64,000 bases of DNA from NCBI RefSeq assembly GCF_006345805.1, contig NC_042999.1, positions 1,922,001 through 1,986,000 of the forward strand, read 5' to 3'. The stretch is from Octopus sinensis (taxonomy: Eukaryota). The notes below the pieces were generated by a model, which saw only the letters and a program-made list of their open reading frames with translations, was not told where the DNA came from and made no database searches. A program made the translations under genes and the position numbers. This document shows, one piece after another, positions 1 through 11,197 of the stretch (position 1 is the stretch's first letter; each line of letters opens with the position of its first letter).

Positions 1-442
1 CTGTAAAACTTATATTCTCTAAATATTTTATAAGTCATCATACTATTTTTATCTTAGAAAAACAGTGACCGAAGGAGTGAGAAGATTAGATTATTCATGA
101 GCGTCTTCATAAAAACAAAAAACACAGAACTCCTTTGGCATCTTAAATAAATACAATATAAATTCCAATAAAATAAAAAGACCGGTTTTCTTTGACCAAC
201 TTTCTGACGTCAGCATTTGAATAGATTGCTACAGGGGTGTTTACAACTCTGTTTTATTACGATTAACTCATTTTATCGGGCCCTGAAAGATAAGACAAAA
301 ACCAGCCGAGCAGGATTTGAAATGATTATTGTAAATAATGCAAATGTCGGTTTACCTATACATGTGTGCCCCTACCCGACCGACTTTGTTGCCTCACAAC
401 AACTTCCAGAAAAATGTAATTTTTTTATGAATTTTCAAAAAA

Positions 443-956
443 TACCGTTAATCCTCGAGTATAGTCTGCCTTGAGTATAATACGCAGGGGATTTTTAGGG
501 GCTGTACCTCTGGAAAACCTAAACCTTGTGTATAATATGCACCCCTTCTCTAACTTCAGTCAAGGAGGTCTGTATAACGTCCTTGGTTTCTAAAAATGTA
601 TACGGTAACGTCCTTTATTATTATTGTATATATAACATAATGCAAACGTGTAGCTTTTTTGTGCATTTTGTTTGCAGAAAATAAAGAAATAACAGTAATA
701 ACGTTTAATAAATGTTGTTTATTGCAAGTTATGGATGATTCTTTTATGACTTCATCGCTTTCAGGCTTAGCTTAAGGTATTATCGCACCCGATATCACAA
801 AATGCGTCTGAATAAACATTGCCGGACAGCAAATAGAGACTTGGACATTGCTTAGAAAATAATTTCCATTTTTAACCTCATATATAGTACGCACTAGGGA
901 TTTTAACCTTTAAATTTTGGGAAAATAATGCGGATTATACTTGAGGATTTACGGTA
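443..956. mobile_element. Non-autonomous Tc1/mariner-superfamily (Tc2/pogo-like) MITE
   Basis: Terminal inverted repeats taccgttaatcctcgagtatagtctgc (443) and gcggattatacttgaggatttacggta (ends 956), 23/27 match, with TA at both ends. TA-CCGTA ends resemble Tc2/pogo-type elements. No ORF. Confidence 0.7.
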
Positions 957-1414
957 TGTTTTAGATGGTGTATATTCCGCTTATGTAGGAATTTAATATT
1001 TAAAAAAAATTCTGTGGTTAGGAAGAGAGGTTTCGGGAAATTCACATGAGTTGACTTTGTTTCCTCATAACTTGGGTATTTTTTTATGAAATTTGCTACA
1101 AATACTTTTCAGAATGTATATATTCAGATTATATTGGAATTTGATGTGAAAAGGAAAATAGTGGCACACATCACAATTTCTTTCGAAATCTCAAGTTTCA
1201 TTTTGTACATATATATGATATCCATTAGTACGTATGTGCATAAAAGCCCACCATTTTTGTATTTTCTTTTGTCATAAAACCCCAGCGTTTTCGATAGCCG
1301 CTCATGAAAAAGTGAAAGTCTTTCTTCGGCAATTTCTTGATTTCAGCAACTATTTTCGGGAAAAAATGTTTGCCCCCTACCCCTCCACCTCCAATTTCTT
1401 CATTTCTCGCTGGT

Positions 1415-1475
1415 TTCCGTAACTCTAATCCTAAATCCCAAACCCTAACCCTAAAACCCAAAACTAACCCTAACG
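1415..1475 (+). repeat. Degenerate interstitial (CCCTAA)n telomere-like repeat
   Basis: taactctaatcctaaatcccaaaccctaaccctaaaacccaaaactaaccctaac. Confidence 0.55.
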
Positions 1476-2140
1476 GCAGTTGGATGATGATGATAATGAT
1501 GATGATAGTAGTAGTAGCATTGATTATGTTAGGATGTCTCATGGATGGTAGTGTTGGTGTGTGTATGTGTGTGTGTATGTATGGATCAAAACAGTTTGAT
1601 TCAAATTCTGTGGTTCTTATATTCATACATACATATACATGTAGAAGTATATAACATATTATATATTGTATGTAAACACTTTTATATATATATAATTTAT
1701 GCATCTATAATACACACACATTATAAAATATATACAAATATGCATATGCATTAGAATATGTGTATATATATATATATATATGCATATGTTTGTAACATGT
1801 GTGGTAGCTATTTAGATCTACACAAATTTTATATTACTCCACGAAGTTTATGATAAGCGGAGATGTCTACATTTTAGTTAGCTATTTACATGTTTACGTT
1901 AACTACGTCACAAAATAGCTGTTTACGTCACAGTAACAATATTTTGAGAAGCAGTAAATAATATGAGGCCGAAAGAAAGAATATCATTGGTTAAAATTCG
2001 AATTATTAAACAACGTTAAACTCAGAAATTACAATTCCGTTTTCATTTTGGTTTACAATTATGTTTTCTTTTGACACATTCTACCAGTATATGAAGTTTC
2101 AAATTGTTTAGTTGACTAGGAAAATCTGGCCTTCAAACTG

Positions 2141-2365
2141 AAAATACAGATACACTCGCACATACACACACACAGATACACTCACATATACACACACACA
2201 GATACACACACACAGATACACTCACACATACACACATAGATACACTCACACATACACACACATAGATACACTCACACATACACACACATAGATACACTCA
2301 CATATACACACACAGATACACTCACACATACACACACATAGATACACCCACACATACACACACAG
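2141..2365 (+). repeat. CA-rich minisatellite (about 26-bp unit gatacactcacacatacacacacata)
   Basis: About 8 imperfect tandem units, followed by (TA)n and (GA)n tracts. Confidence 0.85.
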
Positions 2366-2369
2366 AGAG

Positions 2370-2420
<51 letters not shown>

Positions 2421-2835
2421 AAGAGAGAGAGAGGGGGAGAGAAGAAAGAGAGAGACAGACAGACAAACAGAGTGAGGGAGAGATATAGGATGACGTTGAT
2501 GGGGGTTGGAGACGCTGATGATGGTGACAATGGCTTTGGCCACACGCTGACTTATGAAGAATTTATCAAGTCAGATACTATACATATATTTTCCATTTTT
2601 TTTTGCTGCTTTTGTACTTTTATAATATAATAAGATGATGAGATATCAATAGACACACCAATGGTGGTACAAGAATACAAAATATCTCTGGCATGAATCT
2701 TTAATCATGTAAGAATTGAAAATAATAAGATGCTACCTATACAAAATGGTATTCTGAATAAAAAAAACAAAAGCTCTTTTTTTGGCGTGCCCTGATTTTG
2801 GAAAAAGTAATTCTAGGAAAAAAAATAAAAATTAA

Positions 2836-2990
2836 GGCGTGGCTGCGTGGTAAGAAGTTTGCTTCCCAACTACATGGTTCAAGGATCAATCTCACTACAT
2901 AGCACCTTGGGTAAGTGTCTTTTACTATAGATTCGGGCCAATCAAGCCTTCTGAGTTTATTTTGTAGACAGAAACTGAAAGAAGCCCTTC
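2836..2990 (+). mobile_element. tRNA-derived CORE-type SINE (family A), 5' half
   Basis: Head ggcgtggctgcgtggtaag, CORE-like ccttgggtaagtgtctt, gaaactgaaagaagccc; same family as many copies in the window. Confidence 0.8.
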
Positions 2991-3025
2991 ATATATATAT
3001 ATTCTGTTTTTCGTTTACTTTTTAC

Positions 3026-3237
3026 GTGTCGGTGGCACGTAAAAAGCACCCACTACACTCACAGAGTGGTTGGCGTTAGGAAGGGCATCCAGCTGTAGAA
3101 ACTCTGCCAGATCAAGATTGGAGCCTGGTGCAGCCTTCTGGCTTCCCAAACCCCGGTCGAACCGGCCAACCCATGCTAGCATGGAAAACAGACGCTAAAC
3201 GATGATGATGTGATGATGATGATGATGATGATGATGA
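3026..3237 (+). mobile_element. Retroposon family C (ggcgttaggaagggcatccagc body, (GAT)n tail; RTE-type 3' end)
   Basis: Matches copies at 20716, 36125, 38030, 39625, 51100 and 58856; ends in a gatgatgat tail. Confidence 0.8.
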
Positions 3238-3844
3238 CTTGTTTCAGTCATTTGACTGCGGCCATGCTGGAGCACCACCTTTAGTCAAACAAATCGACCC
3301 CAGGACTTATTCTTTGTAAGCCGAGTACTTATTCTATCGGATTCTTTTTGCCAAACCGCTAAGTTACGAGGACGTAAACACACCAACATCAGTTGTCGCT
3401 AGCTGCTCACTCAGCTGACCAACATACATAACCCTGCAAGAGACTGGCATCCTGTCCAGGGAGATGGGGGAATACATATGCCACGGAGTCCAGAAAGCCG
3501 GTCTTCTGAGCCTTTGACCCGGGAAGGACCTTGGTTACTTTCTGACACATAGATACATCCATTTATACACACCCACTCACTTCCCATACACACGGACTCA
3601 TATACATCCATAACTCGTGACAGCATGGAAATACAGATGTTAAATATGATGATGATTTGTGTGTGTGTGTGTATGTATTTCTGCATGTGTGTGTACGTGT
3701 TTCTCGTATATATATATATGTAAATGGATGAATGAATTATCATTAAGTATTTTTTTTAAATACTTAATAGCGTTCTATTTATCATTTATGCAGTCATCAA
3801 AATTATTATAATGTCTTGTTGTTGAGATAGGTTCTCTTTCTTGC

Positions 3845-3917
3845 CTGATGAGCAGATTGCATTTTACACCGTTTATTCCTTTGGAATAAAACCAATGTTG
3901 TCTTCGAAACATATGTC
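3845..3917 (+). ncRNA. Degenerate type-I hammerhead ribozyme motif with extended stem II
   Basis: CTGATGA-GCAGA...TCTTC-GAAAC-ATAT-GTC; palindromic CATATG stem-III loop; internal hairpin gtttattcc/ggaataaa(a)c; stem I poorly paired. Confidence 0.45.
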
Positions 3918-4160
3918 AAAAGTAAAAGAATTTGAATAGCATCTGCGTTCAACTCCATATATTTACTTACATGTATGTATGTATGTATGTATGTATGTAT
4001 GTATGTATGTATGTATGTATGATTCTAAATATTCCTTTTATGTCCAAATATCTTAATAACAATAAGAATCGTTACCTTGGAAGCTTATATCCTTGTTATC
4101 TTGTTAATTCATGCAGTGAATGTAAGATAAGCCCTTAAGAAATGTGTATATGCATGTACC

Positions 4161-4209
<49 letters not shown>

Positions 4210-4313
4210 AAGTAACAAGCTGAAGAAAAGAAATCCTTTAAAGGGGTGTGTAAAACATCCAATTAACTGGTATGCCAGTTGGATACCATATAAATATTGG
4301 TATTATTCAGTAA

Positions 4314-4583
4314 TAAAGATAAATTTAATACAGAGATATACTCTTGACAATCCAATAATTTATTTATATTACAACATTGCATTAAACACTATCAGTATAA
4401 CATAACATAACATAATATAACATAAATAATTATAAAAGCCATAAAAGATCGACAGATGGTTTTCATAATTATTTATGTTATATAATATTACGCTATGTTA
4501 TATTATATTCATAGTATTTAATGTAATATAAATAGATTATTGGATTGTCAATAGAATATCCCTATACATTTAATTTATCTTTA
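4314..4583. repeat. AT-rich foldback (inverted repeat, arms about 120 bp)
   Basis: taaagataaatttaatacagagatatactcttgacaatccaataat... is reverse-complementary to ...attattggattgtcaatagaatatccctatacatttaatttatcttta; loop around aaaagatcgacag. Confidence 0.75.
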
Positions 4584-4600
4584 TATATGATATATATATT

Positions 4601-4968
4601 ACGGAGATGTACTTGCATAGCGAGTGACTTGATCTGAGATCGTGTGCTGGAACGAAAACAATTGCAGCGTGGAAGGTGTTTCATAAGCCATTTAAGAAAC
4701 ACACAAAAACCGTCAGATTCACTTCAACATTGAAATTTAATTTGTCAGAATATTTTCGTCGCTTTGAGACCATGACCTGTTCACTGACAAAACTTTGTGC
4801 TGCATCTGCCATGCAAGTACTTTGTGCAGCACGAAGTTTTGTCAGTAAACAGATCGCGGTCTCAAAGCGACGAAAATATTATGACGAATTAAATTTTAAT
4901 GTTGAAGTGAATCTAACGGTTTTTTTGTGTTTCTTAAATGGCTTATAAACACCTTCCACGCTGCAATT

Positions 4969-4972
<4 letters not shown>
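4601..4972. mobile_element. MITE-like element fused to an inverted partial copy, forming a hairpin with about 150-bp arms
   Basis: Arms 4656-4804 and 4826-4972 (aaacaattgcagcgtggaaggtg...caccttccacgctgcaattgttt); gtacttgcat at 4609 is inverted as atgcaagtac at 4811; another copy of the family at 13506-14058. Confidence 0.75.
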
Positions 4973-5018
<46 letters not shown>

Positions 5019-5021
5019 GTA

Positions 5022-5215
5022 TCATGGAACTCCATCAGTTACGACGACGAGGGTTCCAGTTGATACAATCAACAGAACAGCCTGGTCATGAAATTAACGT
5101 GCAAGTGGCTGAGCACTCCACAGACACGTGCACCCTTAACGTAGTTGTTGGGGGAGATTCAGCATGACACAGATTCAGTGTGATAAGGCTGGCCCCTTTG
5201 AAAAAAAGGTGCAAC
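5022..5215 (-). mobile_element. SINE family D, 3' fragment
   Basis: Reverse complement matches the 3' part of 37086-37470 (gtgtctgtggagtgctcagccacttgcacgttaatttca). Confidence 0.75.
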
Positions 5216-6479
5216 AGACTGGTAGACTAGCAGACTGGTGTTGTAATCATCAGCACCCTTATTATAATTTTATCATATATATATATATATATGTATAAAT
5301 ATATATATAAGTTTGAAAATGGAGAAATTCAATGAATATAAATAGATTTATTAATTATTTAACATTACCTACAATTGTTTCCCTTCGTACCCAACTTAAA
5401 TTACAAAACATAATAATATAAGTTTGCGTTTTGAGTAGTCTGGCTGGCAGGTCTTTCGAGCAAACTTGACATTATAGAGTTTTCATTTTGATCAATTGAA
5501 ATACTCCAAGTGTATTTCAGTTGGTCAAACTCTATTTTGAATTAATCAATAATATTTGATGTTTTATAATATATTTATTGAAGAAACATCTCTTCAAAAT
5601 ATATTATATTAAACCAGGGTCTCTTAGATAAAACTATCCCTATAGGAAGTTTAAATATCCTCAGAGTGTATATATGTATATATATAATATAAATATTATA
5701 TAAATGTATGCATATATACATATACCTACATATATATGTATATATACATGCATATATGAGTACAGAACATCAAAAAAAACGTGAACAAAATGAGAAACGA
5801 GAATATAAACAAAAACATAGAAAATGAACTGTTTTCAAACAGCAAAAGAAACAAATAGAGAAACGAGACAGGCAACATAAAGAACATTCCCTTCATCAGT
5901 TTTTCCCTGTTTTATCTACTCCGCGTTTCTAAGGTAGAGACAAGATGCAACTTCATTAAGACAGTCCTTCCCTTAAAGCAAATTGAATAAAATTTGGGAT
6001 TTTTTGCGGAGACACACAGAGAGGGAGAGAAAGAGACTGTATTCTGGAAGAGCCTTATTAAAGCCTATTAACACATCTCCCAGATATAGCTGGGTTTTTT
6101 TTGGGTTTTTTTTTTGCTTTACAGTTATATTCCCAGATATTTCTGTTTCTCTTTTTCTCTAAACTTCCTGATGGCTTAAGATTTTCAAAATGTGCACAAC
6201 CAACCTACTGAGAAAATGCATGACTGGAAATATAGTGTGATGCATGAGCTGAAAGGAAGGGAACAATAGGAACCACAGCACAACTGATATAGGTGAAATG
6301 GCCTGTAGTATAGGTGAAAGGATCGCAGGACACAGGCGTGAATGCAACAAAATGTAGTGAGCATTCATATCTTATCAACATGCACACATAATCATTAGAT
6401 TAATGTATACAAGATAAAGTTTGTTTTAATAGTCAAAAACTCCAATGTTAAAATAGACTATAGCGGCTGTACAAATATA

Positions 6480-6875
6480 TATTTCTTTATTGCCCACAGG
6501 GGGCTAAACACAGAGGGATTTAAGTCGATTACATCAACCCCTGTGCATAATTGGTACTTATTTAATCGACCCCAAAAGGATGAAAGGCAAAGTCAACTTC
6601 GGTGGAATTTGAACTCAGAACGTTATGGTAGACAAAATACCTATTTCTTTACTACCCACAAGGGGCTAAATACAGAAGGGGCAAATGAGGACAGACAAAC
6701 GGATTAAGTCGATTATATCGACCCCAGTGCGTAACTGGTACTTATTTAATCGACCCCGAAAGGATGAAAGGCAAAGTCGACCTCAGCGGAATTTGAACTC
6801 AGAACGTAACGGCAGATGAAATACCGCTAAGTATTTCGCCCGGCGTGCTAACGATTGTGCCAGCTCGCCGCCTTA
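6480..6875 (-). mobile_element. SINE family B (tRNA head, Meta/Sauria-like central domain), dimeric
   Basis: Head ggcggcgagctggc, B box ctgagttcaaattcc, body gactttgcctttcatcctttcggggtcgat; about 15-bp TSD ggctgtacaaatata (6465) / ggctgtatgaatata (6876). Confidence 0.9.
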
Positions 6876-7309
6876 GGCTGTATGAATATAGGAAGAAGAT
6901 ACTACCCTCTCATACACACATGTACACACAGAGTAGAATGTATAAATAGAATAACAACATTCTCTTAGCCACCCACAGCATCACATAATGTAATGCAGTC
7001 ATTCTGCAGCAAGAAAACCTGCAAAGTAACAGATACATTCTGTTCTTTTTTTTTTTGTTTCTGAACACTATTTATGGTCGAAATTTCTATTTCATCCCTT
7101 TATTCGCTCTGTTAGTTATCTACAACAGCCATAATGTTCAGTTTTTCACAGCGGTCCCTAACTGTAAACTTGTCTTTCTCATCATTTGCTTTTATGAATT
7201 GTTTCAAAGTTCTTGGATTTAATATTCCTTGAAGTTAGTTATCACAGCTTGGTCTATTGACCAGAGGAAAAAAACTTTGGTTCTTGAGGATATATTGTGC
7301 AGTAACATT

Positions 7310-8000
7310 ATCTGAAAGTGTGTTTAAGTTCATCGTGTTGCTTGGTGTATTGTGCAAAAGGAATAACACCTTGTTGGAAATATTACACCCGGCATAGAAA
7401 GCTATTGAAAAATCCCCTAGCAAGAGAAGGCCTCAAATATGGCAGTCCTTTCTCGAACTGGTCTGCCATGCATTTACATACTGCTGAGGAGAGCACAAGT
7501 CAGATGGGAAGACATGTAATTTACCAAAAGTTTGTACGACAGTGAACTTGTGGGAAGCACGCACACGCCTGATGGACAGGAAAAACGCTCCACAGATGCA
7601 CTCAAAGCTTCACTGAATATCTTCGAGGTCAACCCCGACACCTGGGAAATGCAAGCGCCTGGGAAACGCAGGCACCTGGAAAATGCAAGCACTTGGGAAA
7701 TGCAAGCACCTGGGAAATGCAGCCACCTGGGAAACGCAAGCACCTGGGAAATGCAAGCACCTGGGAAAAGCAAGCTCCTGGGAAACGCAAGTACCTGGGA
7801 AACGCAAGCATCTGGGAAATGCAAGCACCTGGGAAACGCAAGCACCTGGAAAATGCAAGCACCTGGGGAATGTAGCCACCTGGGAAACGCAAGCACCTGG
7901 GAAATGCAGCCACCTGAGAAATGCTAGCATAAAACGCCACCAACAGGGGTACCACCTCCCACAAACAGAACAATGTTGCAGAAGCACAAAGAAAATGCGA
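7310..8000 (+). pseudogene. Decayed RTE (BovB-like) LINE ORF2 C-terminus, interrupted by a minisatellite
   Basis: Translated remnants LYDSEL...GQEKRSTDALKASLNIFEVNPDTWE and VAEAQRKCEL resemble the RTE C-terminal motifs LYGEL..G.KRYKD.LKASL...I.P.TWE and AQRKR; frameshifts present. Confidence 0.75.
7640..7928 (+). repeat. 17-bp minisatellite (acctgggaaatgcaagc), about 17 copies
   Basis: Directly visible tandem units; accounts for the overlapping ORFs at 7474-8146. Confidence 0.95.
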
Positions 8001-8285
8001 ACTGTATGAATTTCATAAGGCATGAATTTCAAATCACCAGAAGGATTTCCTCTCATAAGAAGTGGTGAATTTTGGAAATTTTTATTCTGGAGCTGATCTA
8101 CTCCTAGCAGGAACAAAGTTCCTACTAGTGGTGGATCAGCTACCACTGGCAGCTGTCAGAAAAGTTCGGTGTAAACAATACTATGAAATTAGGAATATAG
8201 TTCTATATTTAAGCAATGAGGAATTATGTACATTAGTTACATTATTTACATTTGATGGATATTTGTCCTCATCTTGTTTGTTGTT

Positions 8286-8328
8286 AACACGTGTTGGCTG
8301 ATATACTCTCCAGTCTTCGTCAGGTGTC
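8286..8328 (-). ncRNA. Hammerhead ribozyme motif (mutated), family E left arm
   Basis: Reverse complement gacac-CTGACGA-a-gactg-loop-cagcc-aacac-gtgtt; GAAAC is mutated and the GTT triplet is deleted. Confidence 0.55.
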
Positions 8329-8373
8329 TTGGGAAATTTCAAACCTGGATTCTCATTCCTAAGGAATTTTTCG

Positions 8374-8410
<37 letters not shown>

Positions 8411-8544
8411 CATCATCATTATTATTCAGGTCACTGCCTGGAATTGAACTCGGAATCTTGGGGTTAATAGTCCGCGCTTAACCACTACGCCATATACCCG
8501 AAAAATATCTTAGGAATGAGAAACTAGGTTCGAAAATTCCCTAA

Positions 8545-8587
8545 GACACCTGATGAAGGCTGGAGGGTATATCAACCGAAACGTGTT
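8545..8587 (+). ncRNA. Hammerhead ribozyme motif, family E inverted arm
   Basis: gacac-CTGATGA-a-ggctg-gagggtatat-caacc-GAAAC-gtgtt; lacks the GTT cleavage triplet present in the 48174 copy. Confidence 0.65.
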
Positions 8588-8849
8588 AACAACAAACAAG
8601 ATGAGGACAAATATCCGTCAAATGTAAATAATGAAATTAGGAAGTTATGATGTATATGGCTTTTACAAAAGTATTAGCTAGTACCAACATTGTAATACAC
8701 CAGCTTCAGCATTCGATCCTTGGAAGAGGAGAGTTGGGAAGAAAAAACCCAACTTGCTAGCTTCAATTCAGTTTTCCTGCCTATCCTCATCTATAGTTAG
8801 GAATGTTCTCTGTAATTTCCGAAAAAGTACGACTCCAAATGTAAACGGT

Positions 8850-9420
8850 CAAAATGATGTTTCTTCAATGGCTCTCTGGTGTAACATTACTCGACATGGT
8901 GTAATAGATCGGAGATTAGGAAATCTCTCCTCGGTCGAGCCAAGACTTTTCTGTGTTGAGAGGTCACAGCACCGGTACAACGGACATAGGATTAGAACGT
9001 CGGTTCTTCAAGTCGGGCCTACGAGAAGGAAACAAGATGGTTGAATAATATACATTGTCTGGTACTACTTAAGAAGAGTGGTCCCGGTGCGCGCACTCGC
9101 GTACTAGCGCATCCGCGCTAGCTAGTCGTGACTAATCGATCCTACAACGACTACCTAACAAAGTAAATAAAACACAAAATAAATAATTTTTTTACACAAA
9201 GTAAATAAAACAAAAACACAAAGTAAGGATCGACTAGTCGCGACCAGCTAGCACGGATGCGCGAGTACGCGAGTGCGCGCACCGGGACCTCTCTTCTTAA
9301 GTAGTACCCCTTAGTTTAATTATGGGAATCCAGTCTGAAATAGCAGTGGTGGTTGCTTATGATAGAACTCTAAGGAGGAGATGCATGAGGGCCGGGCTCT
9401 ACCCCCACGACCCTGTCAGG
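8850..9420 (+). pseudogene. Decayed RTE (Expander/Rex3-like) LINE 3' end, interrupted by a MITE
   Basis: Remnant peptides FLQWLSGVTLLD and VEP.LFCVERSQ resemble the Expander/Rex3 ORF2 C-terminus; appears to continue after 9309 (GIQSEI). Confidence 0.6.
9061..9308 (+). mobile_element. CpG-rich MITE with about 80-bp TIRs (Merlin-like GG ends), copy 1
   Basis: ggtactacttaagaagagtggtcccggtgcgcgcac...gtgcgcgcaccgggacctctcttcttaagtagtacc; A-rich spacer. Confidence 0.85.
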
Positions 9421-9901
9421 AATAGGGGGCGAGGAAAGTGAAGGGATGGGTGGGTGGTAGTTCGAAGGTAAATAAGACGGAATTTAAAGGAAATACGATA
9501 GGAAATTATATCCAACTTATAAGTCTAACTCCTCCAGGGTATTAAAGTTTACTTAACGCTAGTCGATATCATCATAAATATTATTACGATGTGACTATAA
9601 AACAAAAGATGAATAGAATGAAATAATATTTCAAAAACGAAAAACCGAATTAAACAAGGAAAAAAACATTTACTGTTGTTTTCTGGTTCCATGAAATTCT
9701 TTTTTTTTTTTTTTTTCTTCAAAGATTACTAATCATTGATAACAATAAATCTTGGTTCAAGATATTTGAATGTAGTTTTTTTTTTTTTTTTGGGGGGGGG
9801 GTTATTTTATTCTTAAGTGAAAAGAAACTGCCAACAAAATTTATGAAGCAGAAGCGGATAGATCTCTCGATATTTTCAGATTGAGGGAGAAGTGTAAAAG
9901 A

Positions 9902-9944
<43 letters not shown>

Positions 9945-10115
9945 GGAGGCAGAGATAGAGGCAGATAGACAGGCAGGCAGACAGAGGGAAGGTGCAAGTG
10001 GAGAATGTTAAGAGAAAGAATGAGGAAATAGAAAGGAAAAGAAGAAATGTTCAATTATATAATACAATGAAAGCAGAGATCAAAAGAAAGACATTATTAC
10101 GTCGAAGCGGTGAGG

Positions 10116-10810
10116 CGGCGAGTTAGCAGAAACGCTAGCACGCCGGGCGAAATGCGTAGCCGTATTTCGTCTGCCGCTACGTTCTGAGTTCAAATTCCGC
10201 CGAGGTCGACTTTGCCTTTCATCTTTCGGGGTCGATTAAATAAGTACCAGTTACGCACTGGGGTCGATATAATCGACTTAATCCGTTTGTCTGTCCTTGT
10301 TTGTCCCCTCTGTGTGTAGCCCCTTTTGGGCAGTAAAAAAAATAAGAAACGTTAGCACGCCAGGCGAAATTCTTAGCTGTATTACGTGTGCCTTTACGTT
10401 TTGAGTTCAAATTCCGCCGAGGTCGACTTTGCCTTTCATCCTTTCAGGGTCGAAAAATTAAGTACCAGTTGCGTACTGGGGCCGATCTAATCGACTGGAT
10501 CCCTCCCCAAAAATTTCAGGCTTTGTGCCTAGAGTAGAAAAGTAGAAAAAAAAACATTTTAAGGCGGTGAGCTGGCAGAAACGCTAGCACTGCGGGCGAA
10601 ATACGTTGACGTATTTCGTCTGCCGTTATGTTCTGAGTTCAAATTCCGCCGAGGTCGACTTTGCCTTTCATCCTTTCGGGGTCGATTAAATAAGTACCAG
10701 TTACGCACTGTGGTCGATATAATCGACTTAATCTGTTTGTCTGTCCTTGTTTATCCTCTCTGTGTTTAGCCCCTTGTGGGTAGTGAAGAAATAGGTATTT
10801 CGTCTGTCTT
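10116..10810 (+). mobile_element. Cluster of family B SINEs (tandem)
   Basis: Heads or partial heads at about 10116, 10345 and 10563, with repeated bodies. Confidence 0.9.
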
Positions 10811-10813
10811 ATG

Positions 10814-10976
10814 GTGAAAGAGTACAGCAGGGTTCGCCACCTCTCCCTGCCAGAGCCTCGTGGAGCTTTGGGTGTTTTCGCTCAATAAACATTAACAACG
10901 CCCGATCTAGGAATTCAAACCACGATCCTACAACTGCAAGTCCACTGCCCTAACCACCGGGCCATTGCGCCTCCAC
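10814..10976 (-). mobile_element. SINE family D, 5' fragment with tRNA head
   Basis: Reverse complement ggaggcgcaatggcccggtggttagggcagtggac...ggtttgaattcc. Confidence 0.8.
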
Positions 10977-11197
10977 TTCGAGAGATGTGGGTAGTATCTC
11001 TACCGTTAAGTAATGGCTGTTGCCACCTTAACGTGGTTGTTCTGCTTAGAACAATGACTATACGCTCTTTAACTCCAGGAGGACATCTCCAGCTGGTTAA
11101 CGACACAATGTCTGTGTCCGTTATATTGCTAAATCCTTAATCTTCTTTAAAAACAAAACTTGATAATTTGCTAAGCGATTATGTGCCTCAGAAAAAT

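Larger units (their letters stand above)
8196..8630 (-). mobile_element. Family E: tRNA-headed, hammerhead-tailed retroelement with 5' inverted tail (Penelope-type structure)
   Basis: Minus strand: tRNA-like head 8429-8500 (A box tggcgtagtgg, B box gagttcaattcc), (TAA/TGA)n spacer, tail 8196-8374. Plus strand: inverted tail copy 8501-8630. 13-bp TSD atgaaattaggaa at 8183-8195 and 8631-8643. Confidence 0.85.

Noticed and set aside
5913-5963. Degenerate hammerhead-like pieces (also about 21005-21060 and 57205-57245, minus strand)
   Set aside because: A good stem II or GAAAC is present but the other core half is non-canonical; possibly decayed PLE termini, not supportable individually.
7640-7928. 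Possible CRISPR-like array
   Set aside because: The repeats are contiguous with no unique spacers, and the context is eukaryotic; the 168-bp and SINE tandem arrays likewise lack spacers.
7474-8146. Overlapping repeat-protein ORFs (STWEMQAPGK; FPRCLHFPGAC)
   Set aside because: They are products of the 17-bp minisatellite, with no evidence of a real gene.
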